From Thermoplasmata archaeon (GTDB taxonomy: Archaea; Thermoplasmatota; Thermoplasmata; Thermoplasmatales; GCA-001856825), in contig JAJYUZ010000002.1 of the NCBI GenBank assembly GCA_021792255.1, positions 245,332-309,331 on the forward strand: 64,000 bases of DNA. Reading direction: 5' to 3'. This document shows, one piece after another, positions 20,033 through 29,665 of the stretch. The notes under the pieces were generated by a model that was not told the DNA's origin, made no database searches, and saw only the letters and a list, made by a program, of their open reading frames with translations. The translations under genes were made by a program, and so were the position numbers. Position 1 is the first letter of the stretch; every line of letters begins with the position of its first letter.

Positions 20033-20950
20033 ATGATTATTATGTACGTATCCATGACATCCGTGACATACCAGATCAGTGACATGGAAAAAACCATACT
20101 GAAGACGATCTCTGAAGAAGAGGAGATATATGGGTACGACCTCTGGAAAAAACTTTCACTGAAAGGGATAAAGTGCCACACAAACCATCTCTACGTTGTT
20201 CTGAAAGAGATGGAAAAAAAAGGTATTTTAAAAGGAAGATGGGTGAATGAAGGCGGACATGGCGGTGCAAAGAGACATCTTTATTCCATAGGAAGTAAAG
20301 GGAGAGAAGCTATCAATTCCAGTCTAAAGGATTCCCTCAATCTTCTCATGACGGGCTACTTGAATCATATGCGTCAGGTGAAGGACTTTTCAGGATTTGT
20401 CAAAGTCTTGATACAGGCATCAACTCAGCTCAGCCTACCTGTTCCAGCCGAAGGAGATCGAATAGTACTCGCTGTTCCCTATCACGATCCTCTCACATGT
20501 TATCAGCTTATTTTTTCCATGACTGACTCCTTCCCTCTTAGCTCTGTTTACCTCGTAACACCGCCCAAAATGGAAATTTTTGAGCGGAGATCAAATATGA
20601 CAGTGCTTCACGGGTGGAGATATGATATGCCCCTTAGGGATGGATTTGCAGATTTCGTAATTCTAGAGGGTATACCTTCTCAAGCTTCAGAGGAGGAAAC
20701 GGTAAGAGAGTGCTGTAGGGTCTTACGAAAAGGAGGGAACTTCGTTGCTCAAATCAAGAATACGATGGTAGAAGAGAAAGTACCGGAATTTCCCTTTTTC
20801 TCCGAATACGTGGAAATGTTGTACTATGAGCTCTTTGAGCAGGATAGAAAGGTGAGCATTGAGAAGATGAGAACGATGCTATCAAAACATTTCGTGGGGG
20901 TAAGGGATATTGACATAAATGGAACAACGATGTTCTACGGGAAGACCTGA
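20033..20950 (+). CDS. PadR-like winged-helix domain fused to a methyltransferase-like domain
   Basis: The N-terminus has IYGYDLWKKL...HLYVVLKEMEKKGIL...KRHLYSI, a PadR pattern. The C-terminus has LRKGGNFV, a class I MTase post-I-like feature. The likely true start is the ATG at 20084. Confidence 0.55.
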   Translation: MIIMYVSMTSVTYQISDMEKTILKTISEEEEIYGYDLWKKLSLKGIKCHTNHLYVVLKEMEKKGILKGRWVNEGGHGGAKRHLYSIGSKGREAINSSLKDSLNLLMTGYLNHMRQVKDFSGFVKVLIQASTQLSLPVPAEGDRIVLAVPYHDPLTCYQLIFSMTDSFPLSSVYLVTPPKMEIFERRSNMTVLHGWRYDMPLRDGFADFVILEGIPSQASEEETVRECCRVLRKGGNFVAQIKNTMVEEKVPEFPFFSEYVEMLYYELFEQDRKVSIEKMRTMLSKHFVGVRDIDINGTTMFYGKT

Positions 20951-21255
20951 CACCCAAATATTAACTCAGGCAATCATTTTAACTTCAAAATTTTAAGCTG
21001 TTTCCTGAAATTTGGGAGAATTAGAAACATTCGCAGCGGCTTGAAAGAATTCTATACAATCAGAATTTCACTACTCGGACGACTATTTTTTTAAATGATT
21101 CAAGCAGGGTGAATTTGGTTGAAGAGTAATCTGTGTTTCTTGCAAAACCATTCATTCAGACAGCACATATGTAAGTCTATCGTACTCTGTGGCGTTTACT
21201 TATCAGGTTAATAACTACAAAAGAGTATAAACCTTGAAAATAGGAGAGACGGAAA

Positions 21256-21696
21256 TTGGAAAGTTCAACTAAGGGGAACGACACAAATGGCAAACAAATA
21301 CGGGCGGCAAGCGGTCAACTTATCGGGGACGGCAACATCGAGATTGCAGGAGCAGTTTTCGTTATGATAGTCTTTGGAATTATCAATGTTGTCTCTGCGG
21401 TTCAGTTCATGTATTTCTTCGGTTTTCATGGGCTTGCTCAGACGGGTATTCCAACTAGTATTGTTTTTGGGGCTTTGCTCTTTGTATCGGCTTATTTTGG
21501 TTTGAAATTTAAATTGTGGGCATTCGTGGTCCCGATAGTTCTAGGTGCGATAGACATAATGCTTACACCGGTTGTTGATGGCTTCAACAATAACATCCCT
21601 GTTTGGGATACTATCTTACTTGTAGCTGGATTCTTAACTTTTTACACAAGTTTTCTGGGATTAGTGAAAGTGCGATCACTACACTACCAGACTTAG
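21256..21696 (+). CDS. hypothetical membrane protein (4 TM)
   Basis: ORF with four hydrophobic segments. No recognisable family. Confidence 0.4.
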   Translation: MESSTKGNDTNGKQIRAASGQLIGDGNIEIAGAVFVMIVFGIINVVSAVQFMYFFGFHGLAQTGIPTSIVFGALLFVSAYFGLKFKLWAFVVPIVLGAIDIMLTPVVDGFNNNIPVWDTILLVAGFLTFYTSFLGLVKVRSLHYQT

Positions 21697-22157
21697 GAAA
21701 TTATATTTGGCTTAATTAATGAATTAGTACTACAATCTCGTTCTTATTACTTGAACAGAAGTTCCTTCAAGAAATGGAATACTCGATCGCAGAATTAGTA
21801 GAGTGGGCTTCACTAATTTTTCAGTTTCTAGTAATCTATAGAATATCTAACAACTCAATGGATTGTGCCCGTATCTCCTCCGGAATCAGCTCATCTTAAA
21901 AGGTAAAAGGATGGCGTAGCAGAAGGTATATTACAGGAAACAATCACAGGTTTCGAACTAGTTAAATCCAAGGAACTAGAGAGATATAATTGAAACGATG
22001 ATGGGACCTAGATTGAAAGGAGGCGGAAATAAGGTTCAATTGACGGACAAATAATTGGCCTATATGTAATCAGAACGTACTGATATCTCCTTACATACGA
22101 CGTTATAAACGAGCTGGAATTGATATTTTAGCAGCAAGACTGCAGGGATTGTGAAAG

Positions 22158-22631
22158 ATGCCAAAATTTACGAAGAGTATAGATATTTCAACATCCCCGG
22201 AAAGGGTGTTCGATTTTGTTTCCAAACTTGATTCTACAGAATATGCAAAGCTCAACATGATAGAGATGAAGGTAGAAAAGATCACTAAGGGAAAGACTGC
22301 AAAGGGAACAATATTCCATTTCTCAAATAAAGTACCAGGGATGTCTAAGAGTCTTGAACAGGACTCAGAAATGTTAGAGTGGGATCCTCCAAAGAAGTTT
22401 ACAACAATGGTCAAGAATGGGCCTCTCAAGGGGACAACGTTTGAATACAAGGTAGAAGAAAAGGGGAATGGAGGGACTAAATTTAAGGGGACAGTTGATT
22501 TCAAAATGAACGACAGCCTGGAGGGAATCTCTGAAAAAGATGCGTTTCAGCTACTGGATAAACAATGGGATGAATTCGTCAAGAGGCTGAAATCCGTCCT
22601 TGAGAAAAATAAGGAAAATGACAGACAATGA
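22158..22631 (+). CDS. SRPBCC (START/polyketide cyclase-like) domain protein
   Basis: About 157 aa. It begins K-x-I-x-I-x-x-S-P-E-R-V-F-D-F, which is typical of SRPBCC ligand-binding proteins, and has an alternating beta pattern. Confidence 0.55.
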   Translation: MPKFTKSIDISTSPERVFDFVSKLDSTEYAKLNMIEMKVEKITKGKTAKGTIFHFSNKVPGMSKSLEQDSEMLEWDPPKKFTTMVKNGPLKGTTFEYKVEEKGNGGTKFKGTVDFKMNDSLEGISEKDAFQLLDKQWDEFVKRLKSVLEKNKENDRQ

Positions 22632-23166
22632 GGCGGAAATAATGGAAAAAGGTTCGTTTCAAATTGGTCAATTGTATGGTAGGCGGTTTATAATAATTTC
22701 CCTTATCTACTTCATAATAGGCACTACCTGGATGGGACCTATAGGGACGATCTTGCCAGGACCATCAGGTGTGGCAGGAAATGTTTATGATACTGCGCAC
22801 TGGCATGTTGTTTTCGTGGGGTTTCTTGCATTCTTTATTCTCGGCTCCCTATATTACACCGCACCAAGGTTGGGTGGGAAGGATATGTACAGCAAAAGGC
22901 TTGCGTCCATTCACTTTTGGGGTTCAAACGTGTTGTTCCCAATGGCAGTTGTACTTTTCACGTGGATTGCGTTCGCTTTCGAGAACGTACTGAACTCGCC
23001 AACATTCAGTGTTTCTTCCATGCCTTCATCATTACTCTTAACATACTTCACTGTGCTCATCATAATGTTTGTAGGAATAGGACTTCAGGGTGTCATGGCT
23101 TACAACGTTTTCATGACCTTGAGAACTTTACTTCCAAGACAAGGAGAGCATGCAGTCACCAGATGA
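22600..23166 (+). CDS. small membrane protein resembling a 4-helix fragment of heme-copper oxidase subunit I
   Basis: TAHWHVVFVGFLAFFILGSLYYTAPRLGGKDMYSKRLASIHFWGSNVLF parallels the COX1 segment HFHYV...YYW-PK-tG....L...HFW. The real start is probably the ATG near 22642 (MEKGSF). Confidence 0.5.
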   Translation: MRKIRKMTDNEAEIMEKGSFQIGQLYGRRFIIISLIYFIIGTTWMGPIGTILPGPSGVAGNVYDTAHWHVVFVGFLAFFILGSLYYTAPRLGGKDMYSKRLASIHFWGSNVLFPMAVVLFTWIAFAFENVLNSPTFSVSSMPSSLLLTYFTVLIIMFVGIGLQGVMAYNVFMTLRTLLPRQGEHAVTR

Positions 23167-23539
23167 ATCAGCTTTCCACAATAGAAATGAAGAGTTCATT
23201 GAGAAGATAAGTCGCTACTCCGAATTCGTGATTTCGGATGAAATAAGCTATGTCCACAGGAAGGCTAGGATTTTGGGAGATGATGAGAAATTATTCTACG
23301 AAGTGCTGAATGCACTCTCCAACAAACTGCTAGACCCAATCATAGAATCCTTAAGAATAGGGGGCTCTCAGGACAATTTATTCGCAGAGAATTTAAGTGG
23401 GATAATCGACCGAAGATATCCTGAATACTTTAGGGATGTGGAAATTGAATTCCCTGAATCCGAACACCTAACAGCCGAGTTTGGGTCCAGAGAAGGCCGC
23501 AAAACGACGTTTCCCAATGGAACCGATGGTAGGGAATGA
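23150..23539 (+). CDS. hypothetical protein
   Basis: 129-aa soluble acidic ORF, translationally coupled between two membrane-protein genes. No family recognised. Confidence 0.4.
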   Translation: MQSPDESAFHNRNEEFIEKISRYSEFVISDEISYVHRKARILGDDEKLFYEVLNALSNKLLDPIIESLRIGGSQDNLFAENLSGIIDRRYPEYFRDVEIEFPESEHLTAEFGSREGRKTTFPNGTDGRE

Positions 23540-24021
23540 ACTACGTATCTCTTATATTACTCTGGCTCCACGTGTTTTTTGTAGTACTTTGGTTAGGAGG
23601 ATTTCTCTTTCAAATTATAGTCATATTTCCTGCGCTATCTTCCCTTTCCTCTCAGGGTAGAATGGAACTATTTCAGAAGGTTATTGGCAGGGGAGAAAGA
23701 GTGTTTGTGCCTGTTATGGGTTTAACACTACTGTTTGGTTTCATCCTTCTGGTAGCTATGTTCGGGTTGAATCTTAGAATCCTTCTTAACTCGAGGCCCT
23801 GGATATATCTGATCTCTGGGGGTTTGCTTGGACTCATTGCGTTTCTAAAGTTTATTTTCATAGACAGACGAGGGATAGTAGCCTTGACTTCTGGGAAGGG
23901 TGGAGAGGCAGCATTTTCTGGGTCGAGCAGACCGCCGCCATCAATGATAATCCTGCTTGTCATGCAGCTACTGTTGTTGATGGGTGCCTTTACCCTTATG
24001 ATAATAGGGGCAAATTTTTGA
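23536..24021 (+). CDS. CopD/HemJ-like 4-TM membrane protein
   Basis: The N-terminal helix LWLHVFFVVLWLGGFLF matches the H-x6-W-x-GG pattern seen in CopD-type and related metal/heme-binding membrane proteins. ATGA overlap with the upstream ORF. Confidence 0.45.
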   Translation: MNYVSLILLWLHVFFVVLWLGGFLFQIIVIFPALSSLSSQGRMELFQKVIGRGERVFVPVMGLTLLFGFILLVAMFGLNLRILLNSRPWIYLISGGLLGLIAFLKFIFIDRRGIVALTSGKGGEAAFSGSSRPPPSMIILLVMQLLLLMGAFTLMIIGANF

Positions 24022-24262
24022 GTATTCCTAGAGAAATCGGAGAGGGTGTACTTTGTACCCCTTCCTTTTAACGGGCTTAAGCTCCCTCTTGCACATGTTC
24101 TAATCAGACGGTCATCACTTTCACAAGAAATACACATCTGAAAACCTCTTTCTGTATCCCCGTACTACGGGCCCCCCTCAAGTATAGTGAGCAACCTGAA
24201 TATTCCGGAGAGTAGTTCTATAATTAAGGGGGAAATTATGTGAGCCTCTAGTCAAGCCCCTC

Positions 24263-24742
24263 TTATTGCCTAACAGGGTCAAGCGAGGCAGTCTCCCCCC
24301 GTCTTCCATTACCAGATTTAGATGACGACGTCCAACTCTTCACACTGAATATCGCCAGAAACACATCGACCGGCAATATAGCGAAATCACTGAAATCAGG
24401 GCGTCCGCCGCCCATCAGGATTATAGTCGGTACAAGTATAATGAGGGTAACAGAATAGAAGGTGGAAGCGATTAAACCTGCCCTACTCCGCTTCCATGTA
24501 AAGTACATTATCGGAACCCAGACTGCGGCTGCAATAACAAAGCGTAGTACTAACAAAAGACTCGGCATCTGTTCATGCGGTAAGTACTCAGAAATAGAAC
24601 CTGGTGAGAACATCACCACCAAATACCACGGAGCCAAGAGGAACTGCATCATGGCAACGAAAAACTGGAAAAAAAATGTAGCATGCAGCCAAGTTACATC
24701 TTGAGTGTATCGTCGTTGCAAGGTCTGAGCAGAGAACTCCAT
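24263..24742 (-). CDS. hypothetical membrane protein
   Basis: 159-aa ORF with 4 hydrophobic segments. No family recognised. Confidence 0.4.
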   Translation of the reverse strand: MEFSAQTLQRRYTQDVTWLHATFFFQFFVAMMQFLLAPWYLVVMFSPGSISEYLPHEQMPSLLLVLRFVIAAAVWVPIMYFTWKRSRAGLIASTFYSVTLIILVPTIILMGGGRPDFSDFAILPVDVFLAIFSVKSWTSSSKSGNGRRGETASLDPVRQ

Positions 24743-25000
24743 TGTTCTTTCTCGTGTTTATGATCCAGCGCAATAAATTTGTTTGCCGAGAAAAATTCGG
24801 GAAAACGTCTGCTTGTTTCTATATTCATCGAAAGAGATCCTTGGCTGTAACTCTAACGATCGCATTGCTCAAAAGTGGCTTTCGTATTGACAATTAGAGA
24901 AAAGAGAAAGGCTAACAAAATTGAGTTCCTTTGTCGATCTATAGTATATCAAATTTAGTCATATTTATAATCTTAATGTACATTTATTTGTGAAACTTGA

Positions 25001-25963
25001 ATGGATGATTTAGACATTAAGATACTGCGGGAATTCATTACAGATGTACCTAATAGGTGTCTTCAACCAGACGTTACGAAATCGTACATTGCAATATCGA
25101 AAAATGTGGGCACTACTGAGGATACGGTCAAGAACAGAGTGGATAAAATGTGCGAGAATGGGATACTCAGGGGATGGAAACTAGGGGTGAACCCGACATT
25201 GTTTCGGTATAGAACAGATTTCTTTTATTTCAGCACGTCTTCTTATAATGAAAAGGATAAAGTTATAGAGAAGCTCAAGTCTATATCTGGAGTCCTCTGG
25301 ATTGTTGACTACCTTGGAACATTTGTGGGAGTACTCATATCTTCCAGAGATGAGAAGATGCTTGAAAGAAAGATGTTGCCAATATTTAGCGTTATTAGTT
25401 CTAAGTCATTTGTCCGTGTCAGCAACCAGTTCCCTGAGGTCAAGAAATGTTTGACGACCACAGATTGGAAACTAATCCGAAGCTTAATGAATGATCCTCG
25501 TAAGAAATATTCTGATATCTCTAATGAGCTAGGAATTTCCTCTAGAATGGCTCGAAGAAAATTGAAAACGATGATTGAAGAGCATGCATTTTTTATGTTT
25601 CCAGATATCAATGTGAGGAAGATAGAGGGAAGGGTAGTAGTTACATACGCAATTTTTTACTCAGACGACGTGGGCAAAAAGGAATCGGAGAAAAATTTAC
25701 TGACAAAGTTTCGAAATTACTTTCTTGTCGCTCTACCCCCTGAAAATGCATACGCAGCCTATACATTCATACTTCCAAACCTATCGATAGCCGACAGGAT
25801 AATGGAATATGTGAATGCGTTGAATGGGGTTAGGACTTCTACCATGAGGCCAATCGTAGACTTTATAAACCTCCTAGACAGGACATTTAATAAGGAAATA
25901 AGGCAGAAAACCGTAGTAACTCCTCTTTCTCATTCCGCTTCAGGGCATCCTAATCGTTGCTGA
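25001..25963 (+). CDS. Lrp/AsnC-type transcription regulator with duplicated HTH modules
   Basis: LDIKILREF at the N-terminus and a second DWKLIRSLMNDPRKKYSDISNELGISSRMARRKLKTM at ~aa 165. Both are HTH_AsnC-like. Confidence 0.6.
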   Translation: MDDLDIKILREFITDVPNRCLQPDVTKSYIAISKNVGTTEDTVKNRVDKMCENGILRGWKLGVNPTLFRYRTDFFYFSTSSYNEKDKVIEKLKSISGVLWIVDYLGTFVGVLISSRDEKMLERKMLPIFSVISSKSFVRVSNQFPEVKKCLTTTDWKLIRSLMNDPRKKYSDISNELGISSRMARRKLKTMIEEHAFFMFPDINVRKIEGRVVVTYAIFYSDDVGKKESEKNLLTKFRNYFLVALPPENAYAAYTFILPNLSIADRIMEYVNALNGVRTSTMRPIVDFINLLDRTFNKEIRQKTVVTPLSHSASGHPNRC

Positions 25964-26250
25964 GAGATTTGCCCTCTTAAACAAGCCTTTTGCTCTCAAT
26001 ACACTAGTTCCAATAACGCAACGATAACCGTTGATGGAGGCAAAACATTCAATTATGCAAATAAATCATCAACTACTTTGCCCTGTACTTATTTCAAATC
26101 TGGCGCAAGATATCAGGTCATAATGAATGGAACAACAGTACCTTATTTCATTTCTGACGATGATATTATCGCCTCTTTAAACGGCTGTTTTGAGGCAGTA
26201 TCTTCGATTTGCTTTTAAATATGTTTTGGGGTTCAAATCTTCCTATATAT

Positions 26251-26324
26251 GGGCTTGTCCGGATTTGAACCGGAGTCTCCGACTCCCGAAGCCGAAAGGA
26301 TGGACCAATCTACCCCACAAGCCC
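26251..26324 (-). tRNA. tRNA-Pro (anticodon CGG)
   Basis: The minus strand reads GGGCUUGUGGGGUAGAUUGGUCCAUCCUUUCGGCUUCGGGAGUCGGAGACUCCGGUUCAAAUCCGGACAAGCCC. A cloverleaf was folded by hand. The anticodon loop is UU-CGG-GA and the T-loop is UUCAAAU. No intron and no encoded CCA. Confidence 0.9.
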
Positions 26325-26436
26325 TTGTTGTGGAATTTCAAAGGATTTAAAAACGTTTACTCAATTCCATTCTGTGAAGAGTAACAGATTTCCCTCTTCA
26401 GACGCCCTCATTTTTAACGTATCAGGAGAGATTGTT

Positions 26437-27072
26437 ATGTCCAGCGACCCAGGCAAGACCATAAAGAAGTGGAGGGAAGAGTTCAACGTGACCCAGAAAG
26501 AGCTCTCGGCCAGAATGGGAATGAACACTTCGGTGATAAGCGACTATGAAACGGGTCGGAGAAAGTCTCCAGGGGCTCAATTCTTGAAGAGTCTGGTGAC
26601 AGCCCTCGTTGAAATAGACGGAGAAAGGGGGAATCCGGTCGTATGGAAATATTCACTGGGTACAGAGAAAGACGTGATAATTGACATCAAGGAATTCTTC
26701 TACGACGTAGACATCAAAAAGTTCATCAGGATGATCGAAGGAAAAGAGGTCAGTCATCTGGATATCAAGAGAAGCATAAGGGGATACACGATTCTCGACT
26801 CTCTAAATGCTATACTTAAACTCACCTCCTTTGACTACTTTAGAGTATATGGCTGGACTTCAGAAAGAGCCCTATTTTTCACAAATGTCGAATTTGGAAG
26901 ATCGCCCATGATTGCCGTGCGAGTCCATCCAATAAAGCCTGCGGTAGTTGTTTACATCAAACCAAAGAGGATAGACCCTCTTGCAATCAAGCTTGCTGAA
27001 ATTGAGGGAATTCCGTTGATAACCACTGAACTCTCACCAAACGAAATTAAGGAAAAGATGAAGTCAATCTAG
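26437..27072 (+). CDS. XRE-family HTH transcription regulator with archaeal C-terminal domain
   Basis: IKKWREEFNVTQKELSARMGMNTSVISDYETGRR is a Cro/C1-type HTH. The longest ORF starts at GTG 26374, but the ATG at 26437 is more plausible. Confidence 0.7.
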   Translation: MSSDPGKTIKKWREEFNVTQKELSARMGMNTSVISDYETGRRKSPGAQFLKSLVTALVEIDGERGNPVVWKYSLGTEKDVIIDIKEFFYDVDIKKFIRMIEGKEVSHLDIKRSIRGYTILDSLNAILKLTSFDYFRVYGWTSERALFFTNVEFGRSPMIAVRVHPIKPAVVVYIKPKRIDPLAIKLAEIEGIPLITTELSPNEIKEKMKSI

Positions 27073-27995
27073 TTCAGCAATCTGTTCAGATACCAGTCGA
27101 GACTGAACTGAACTAGATCTGAATAGGTCTGCCCAGTTCCGATGTAGAGAATTGGTTTCTTCGTCTCCGAAAGGAGGGATATCACGCACCCACCCTTTGC
27201 ATCAGCATCGATCTTGGTGACAATGTATCCGTTTATCCCAACGGCTTCATCGAACAGCTTTGCCTGAGTCAGTACATCAGTTCCCGATAGGGCATCGAGC
27301 GTGAGGAGAATCAGATCAGGACTTGAAATTCTCTTTATCTTCTTCATCTCTTCTAGGAGGTTCTTGTTGTTTTGCATCCTTCCTGCGGTATCGATCAGTA
27401 CGACAGACTTTTCGATCTTTGAGGCGTGCTTTACAGCATCGAATGAGACCGCTGCAGGATCGCCTCCTGCCTGGTGCTTTATAACTTTCACTCCAATCTT
27501 TTCACCGTGGAGGGCGATCTGTTCTATGGCTCCTGCCCTGAAAGTATCGGAAGCAGCTATTACCACGTAGTATCCTTTTTCTTTGAAATTTTCAGCGATT
27601 TTTGCAATCGATGTCGTCTTGCCAGTCCCGTTCATACCCACGAACATCACGACGAAAGGTGACTTCTTGCTTGCCATCTCTACCAGGTCAATAGGTGTCA
27701 CAGCAGCAATTTCCTTTAACGTAGTCCGGACAGCCTCCTTGAAGACTGCATTCCTATCGCCCTTCAACCTTACGCTCTTGTCGTCAAGTTTCTTCAGTAG
27801 TATGTTTGAGATCCTGTCCGCAACGGGCAGAGCGACGTCCGCCTCGATTAAAGAGATCTTGAGGTTTGCTGCGATCTCATTTAAGTCCTTGGAGGAAGTG
27901 CCAATGCTGTCCGCAATCCCGCCATCGTCTCTAGTTACCGTCGGAGTTTCGTCCTTCTTCGAGAGCCCTAGTTTTTCCTTGAGCTTTTCAAACAT
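27069..27995 (-). CDS. ftsY: signal recognition particle receptor FtsY
   Basis: SRP54-type GTPase motifs: GMNGTGKTTS, DTFRAGA, DTAGR and TKIDADAKGG. Confidence 0.9.
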   Translation of the reverse strand: MFEKLKEKLGLSKKDETPTVTRDDGGIADSIGTSSKDLNEIAANLKISLIEADVALPVADRISNILLKKLDDKSVRLKGDRNAVFKEAVRTTLKEIAAVTPIDLVEMASKKSPFVVMFVGMNGTGKTTSIAKIAENFKEKGYYVVIAASDTFRAGAIEQIALHGEKIGVKVIKHQAGGDPAAVSFDAVKHASKIEKSVVLIDTAGRMQNNKNLLEEMKKIKRISSPDLILLTLDALSGTDVLTQAKLFDEAVGINGYIVTKIDADAKGGCVISLLSETKKPILYIGTGQTYSDLVQFSLDWYLNRLLN

Positions 27996-27999
27996 TCAT

Positions 28000-28404
28000 T
28001 CACTTTTTGTAAACTTTGTTTAAATAATCTTCTAACTGAGCGTACCTCTGCTGGAGATCTTCTTCCGATTTCCGACTGCTCTCTAAGGCCTTTGCGGCAT
28101 CATTTTTCCTCTCTTCCAAGATGCTGAGGGCATCTTTCACAGTGGCCTTTTTGTAGGCATTGGAGCCTATATTCACCACGACTCTTTCCTTGTTCTTTAC
28201 CTCTCCCTCTATATAGAGTCCCCTCCCGATTGGTATGAGGGAATCACCCTCTACTTGAGACATATTTTTCAAGAAGTCAGTCGTACTGACCAAATCCTGA
28301 AGAATTACGGCTAGAGACTGGATCTGTCCTTCTATCTCCTCTAACTGCTGTCTGATTACTTCCATGCTGTACACAATCTGGTCGATCTTTGCGTCCTGTG
28401 TCAT
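28000..28404 (-). CDS. pfdA: prefoldin subunit alpha
   Basis: 134 aa with coiled-coil ends and a central LIPIGRGLYIEGEV...VVVNIGSNAYKKATV double beta-hairpin region. Conserved neighbour of ftsY in archaea. Confidence 0.8.
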   Translation of the reverse strand: MTQDAKIDQIVYSMEVIRQQLEEIEGQIQSLAVILQDLVSTTDFLKNMSQVEGDSLIPIGRGLYIEGEVKNKERVVVNIGSNAYKKATVKDALSILEERKNDAAKALESSRKSEEDLQQRYAQLEDYLNKVYKK

Positions 28405-29652
28405 TTATTCTCCTCCAAATTTTTTCTTAGAAACCATCAACGATTCTATCCCCGGCATGGGCTCACCAGCAAGATAGCTAATGAGGGCCCCCCCTCCAGT
28501 TGATATGTGGTCTATATCGCTCCCGTTAATGCCCATTTTCTCAAGGGCAGCAAGAGTGTGTCCTCCGCCGGCGACCTTGTAGCCCGAAGATTTAGCTACC
28601 ATAGAGAAAATTTCCTCAGTGCCCGCTGTGAATTCCTCCAGTTCGAAGACTCCCATCGGCCCATTCAGCATTATGGCATCTGAATTCTTAATCTGAGATG
28701 CATATGATGCTATCGTATCCACTCCAATGTCCATTGCAGGTAGATCCCTCCTGAAATCATCGATCTTGTAGTGCTTGACTTTTCCATTCTCATTACCCAG
28801 AAAGTCGATAGGCATTAGGATAGAATCCCCGTAACCCCCAAGCAAGATTTCGGCTTCCTTCAGAACAGCGTCGTAATTGCTTACTTCCTTCCTCAACACT
28901 TCCTCATTCTTCTTCCCTAGATCCATTCCATTCGCAGAAAGGAAAACGTGTCCAACGAGTCCTCCAGTCATGACTTTGTCCAGTTTCCCTTCTTTTAGCA
29001 TTTTGCCTATGATCTTGATGGAGTCGTCAGCCTTGGCACCGCCAAATATGCCAATCCTGTTCCTGCCTTTTATTGCAAAGAACCTCTCTATACCGAGGAT
29101 TTCGTTCTCCATAAGCTTTCCAGCAATGTTTGGCATCATTTCACTGAAGCCTACAAGAGTTACGTTACTCCTATGAGCCGCTGCAAATGCATCGTTGACG
29201 AAGTACTCCGCACGACTCGCGAGGTTCCTGACTATGTGTGTCTTTTTCATCACTTCTAGCTTCTCTTCTGCCAGGACCACTTCTTCCGAAAAGAACCTCG
29301 TATTTTCCAGCATTAGGATGTCCCCAGGTTCAGAGGCATCTATCTCCTCTAAGGTCTGGTCGTCGAACACTCCGTTCAGGAACTTTACCCTCCGCTTCAG
29401 CATGTTCGAAAGGTGAGAGGCATGGGCTCTCAGGCTTACGAAATCGTTCTTTCCTGGTCTACTCTGGTGGGCGAGAATAGTGACTTTCGACTTTGAAAGT
29501 GCGTCGATGGTCTCCTGGTGTGCTCTGAAGCGCGAATCGTCGAGTATGTTTCCAGTCTTGGGATCGATAGGAGAGTTGATGTCGATTCTCAGGAGAATGG
29601 ACTTGCCTGCTAGGTCAAAATCGTTTAAAGTGAAGAAGGGAAGCTGGGTCAT
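28405..29652 (-). CDS. pgk: phosphoglycerate kinase
   Basis: LLRIDINSP, HQSRPG, LENTRF, AFAAAHR and STGGGA are PGK motifs. Confidence 0.9.
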   Translation of the reverse strand: MTQLPFFTLNDFDLAGKSILLRIDINSPIDPKTGNILDDSRFRAHQETIDALSKSKVTILAHQSRPGKNDFVSLRAHASHLSNMLKRRVKFLNGVFDDQTLEEIDASEPGDILMLENTRFFSEEVVLAEEKLEVMKKTHIVRNLASRAEYFVNDAFAAAHRSNVTLVGFSEMMPNIAGKLMENEILGIERFFAIKGRNRIGIFGGAKADDSIKIIGKMLKEGKLDKVMTGGLVGHVFLSANGMDLGKKNEEVLRKEVSNYDAVLKEAEILLGGYGDSILMPIDFLGNENGKVKHYKIDDFRRDLPAMDIGVDTIASYASQIKNSDAIMLNGPMGVFELEEFTAGTEEIFSMVAKSSGYKVAGGGHTLAALEKMGINGSDIDHISTGGGALISYLAGEPMPGIESLMVSKKKFGGE

Positions 29653-29665
29653 ACTACCTGATTTT

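Noticed and set aside
23673-24137. 154-aa minus-strand ORF.
   Set aside because: It is antisense to the CopD-like membrane protein gene, which is translationally coupled to its neighbours. It has no motif support.
27583-28023. 146-aa ORF antisense to ftsY. Similar long antisense ORFs occur at 32285..32677, 32804..33118, 14981..15397, 17567..17929, 28877..29176, 53743..54249, 54204..54641, 55463..55864 and 62027..62416.
   Set aside because: These are shadow ORFs opposite strongly supported genes. Their compositions are Ser/Leu/Phe-rich and low in complexity, and they have no recognisable motifs.
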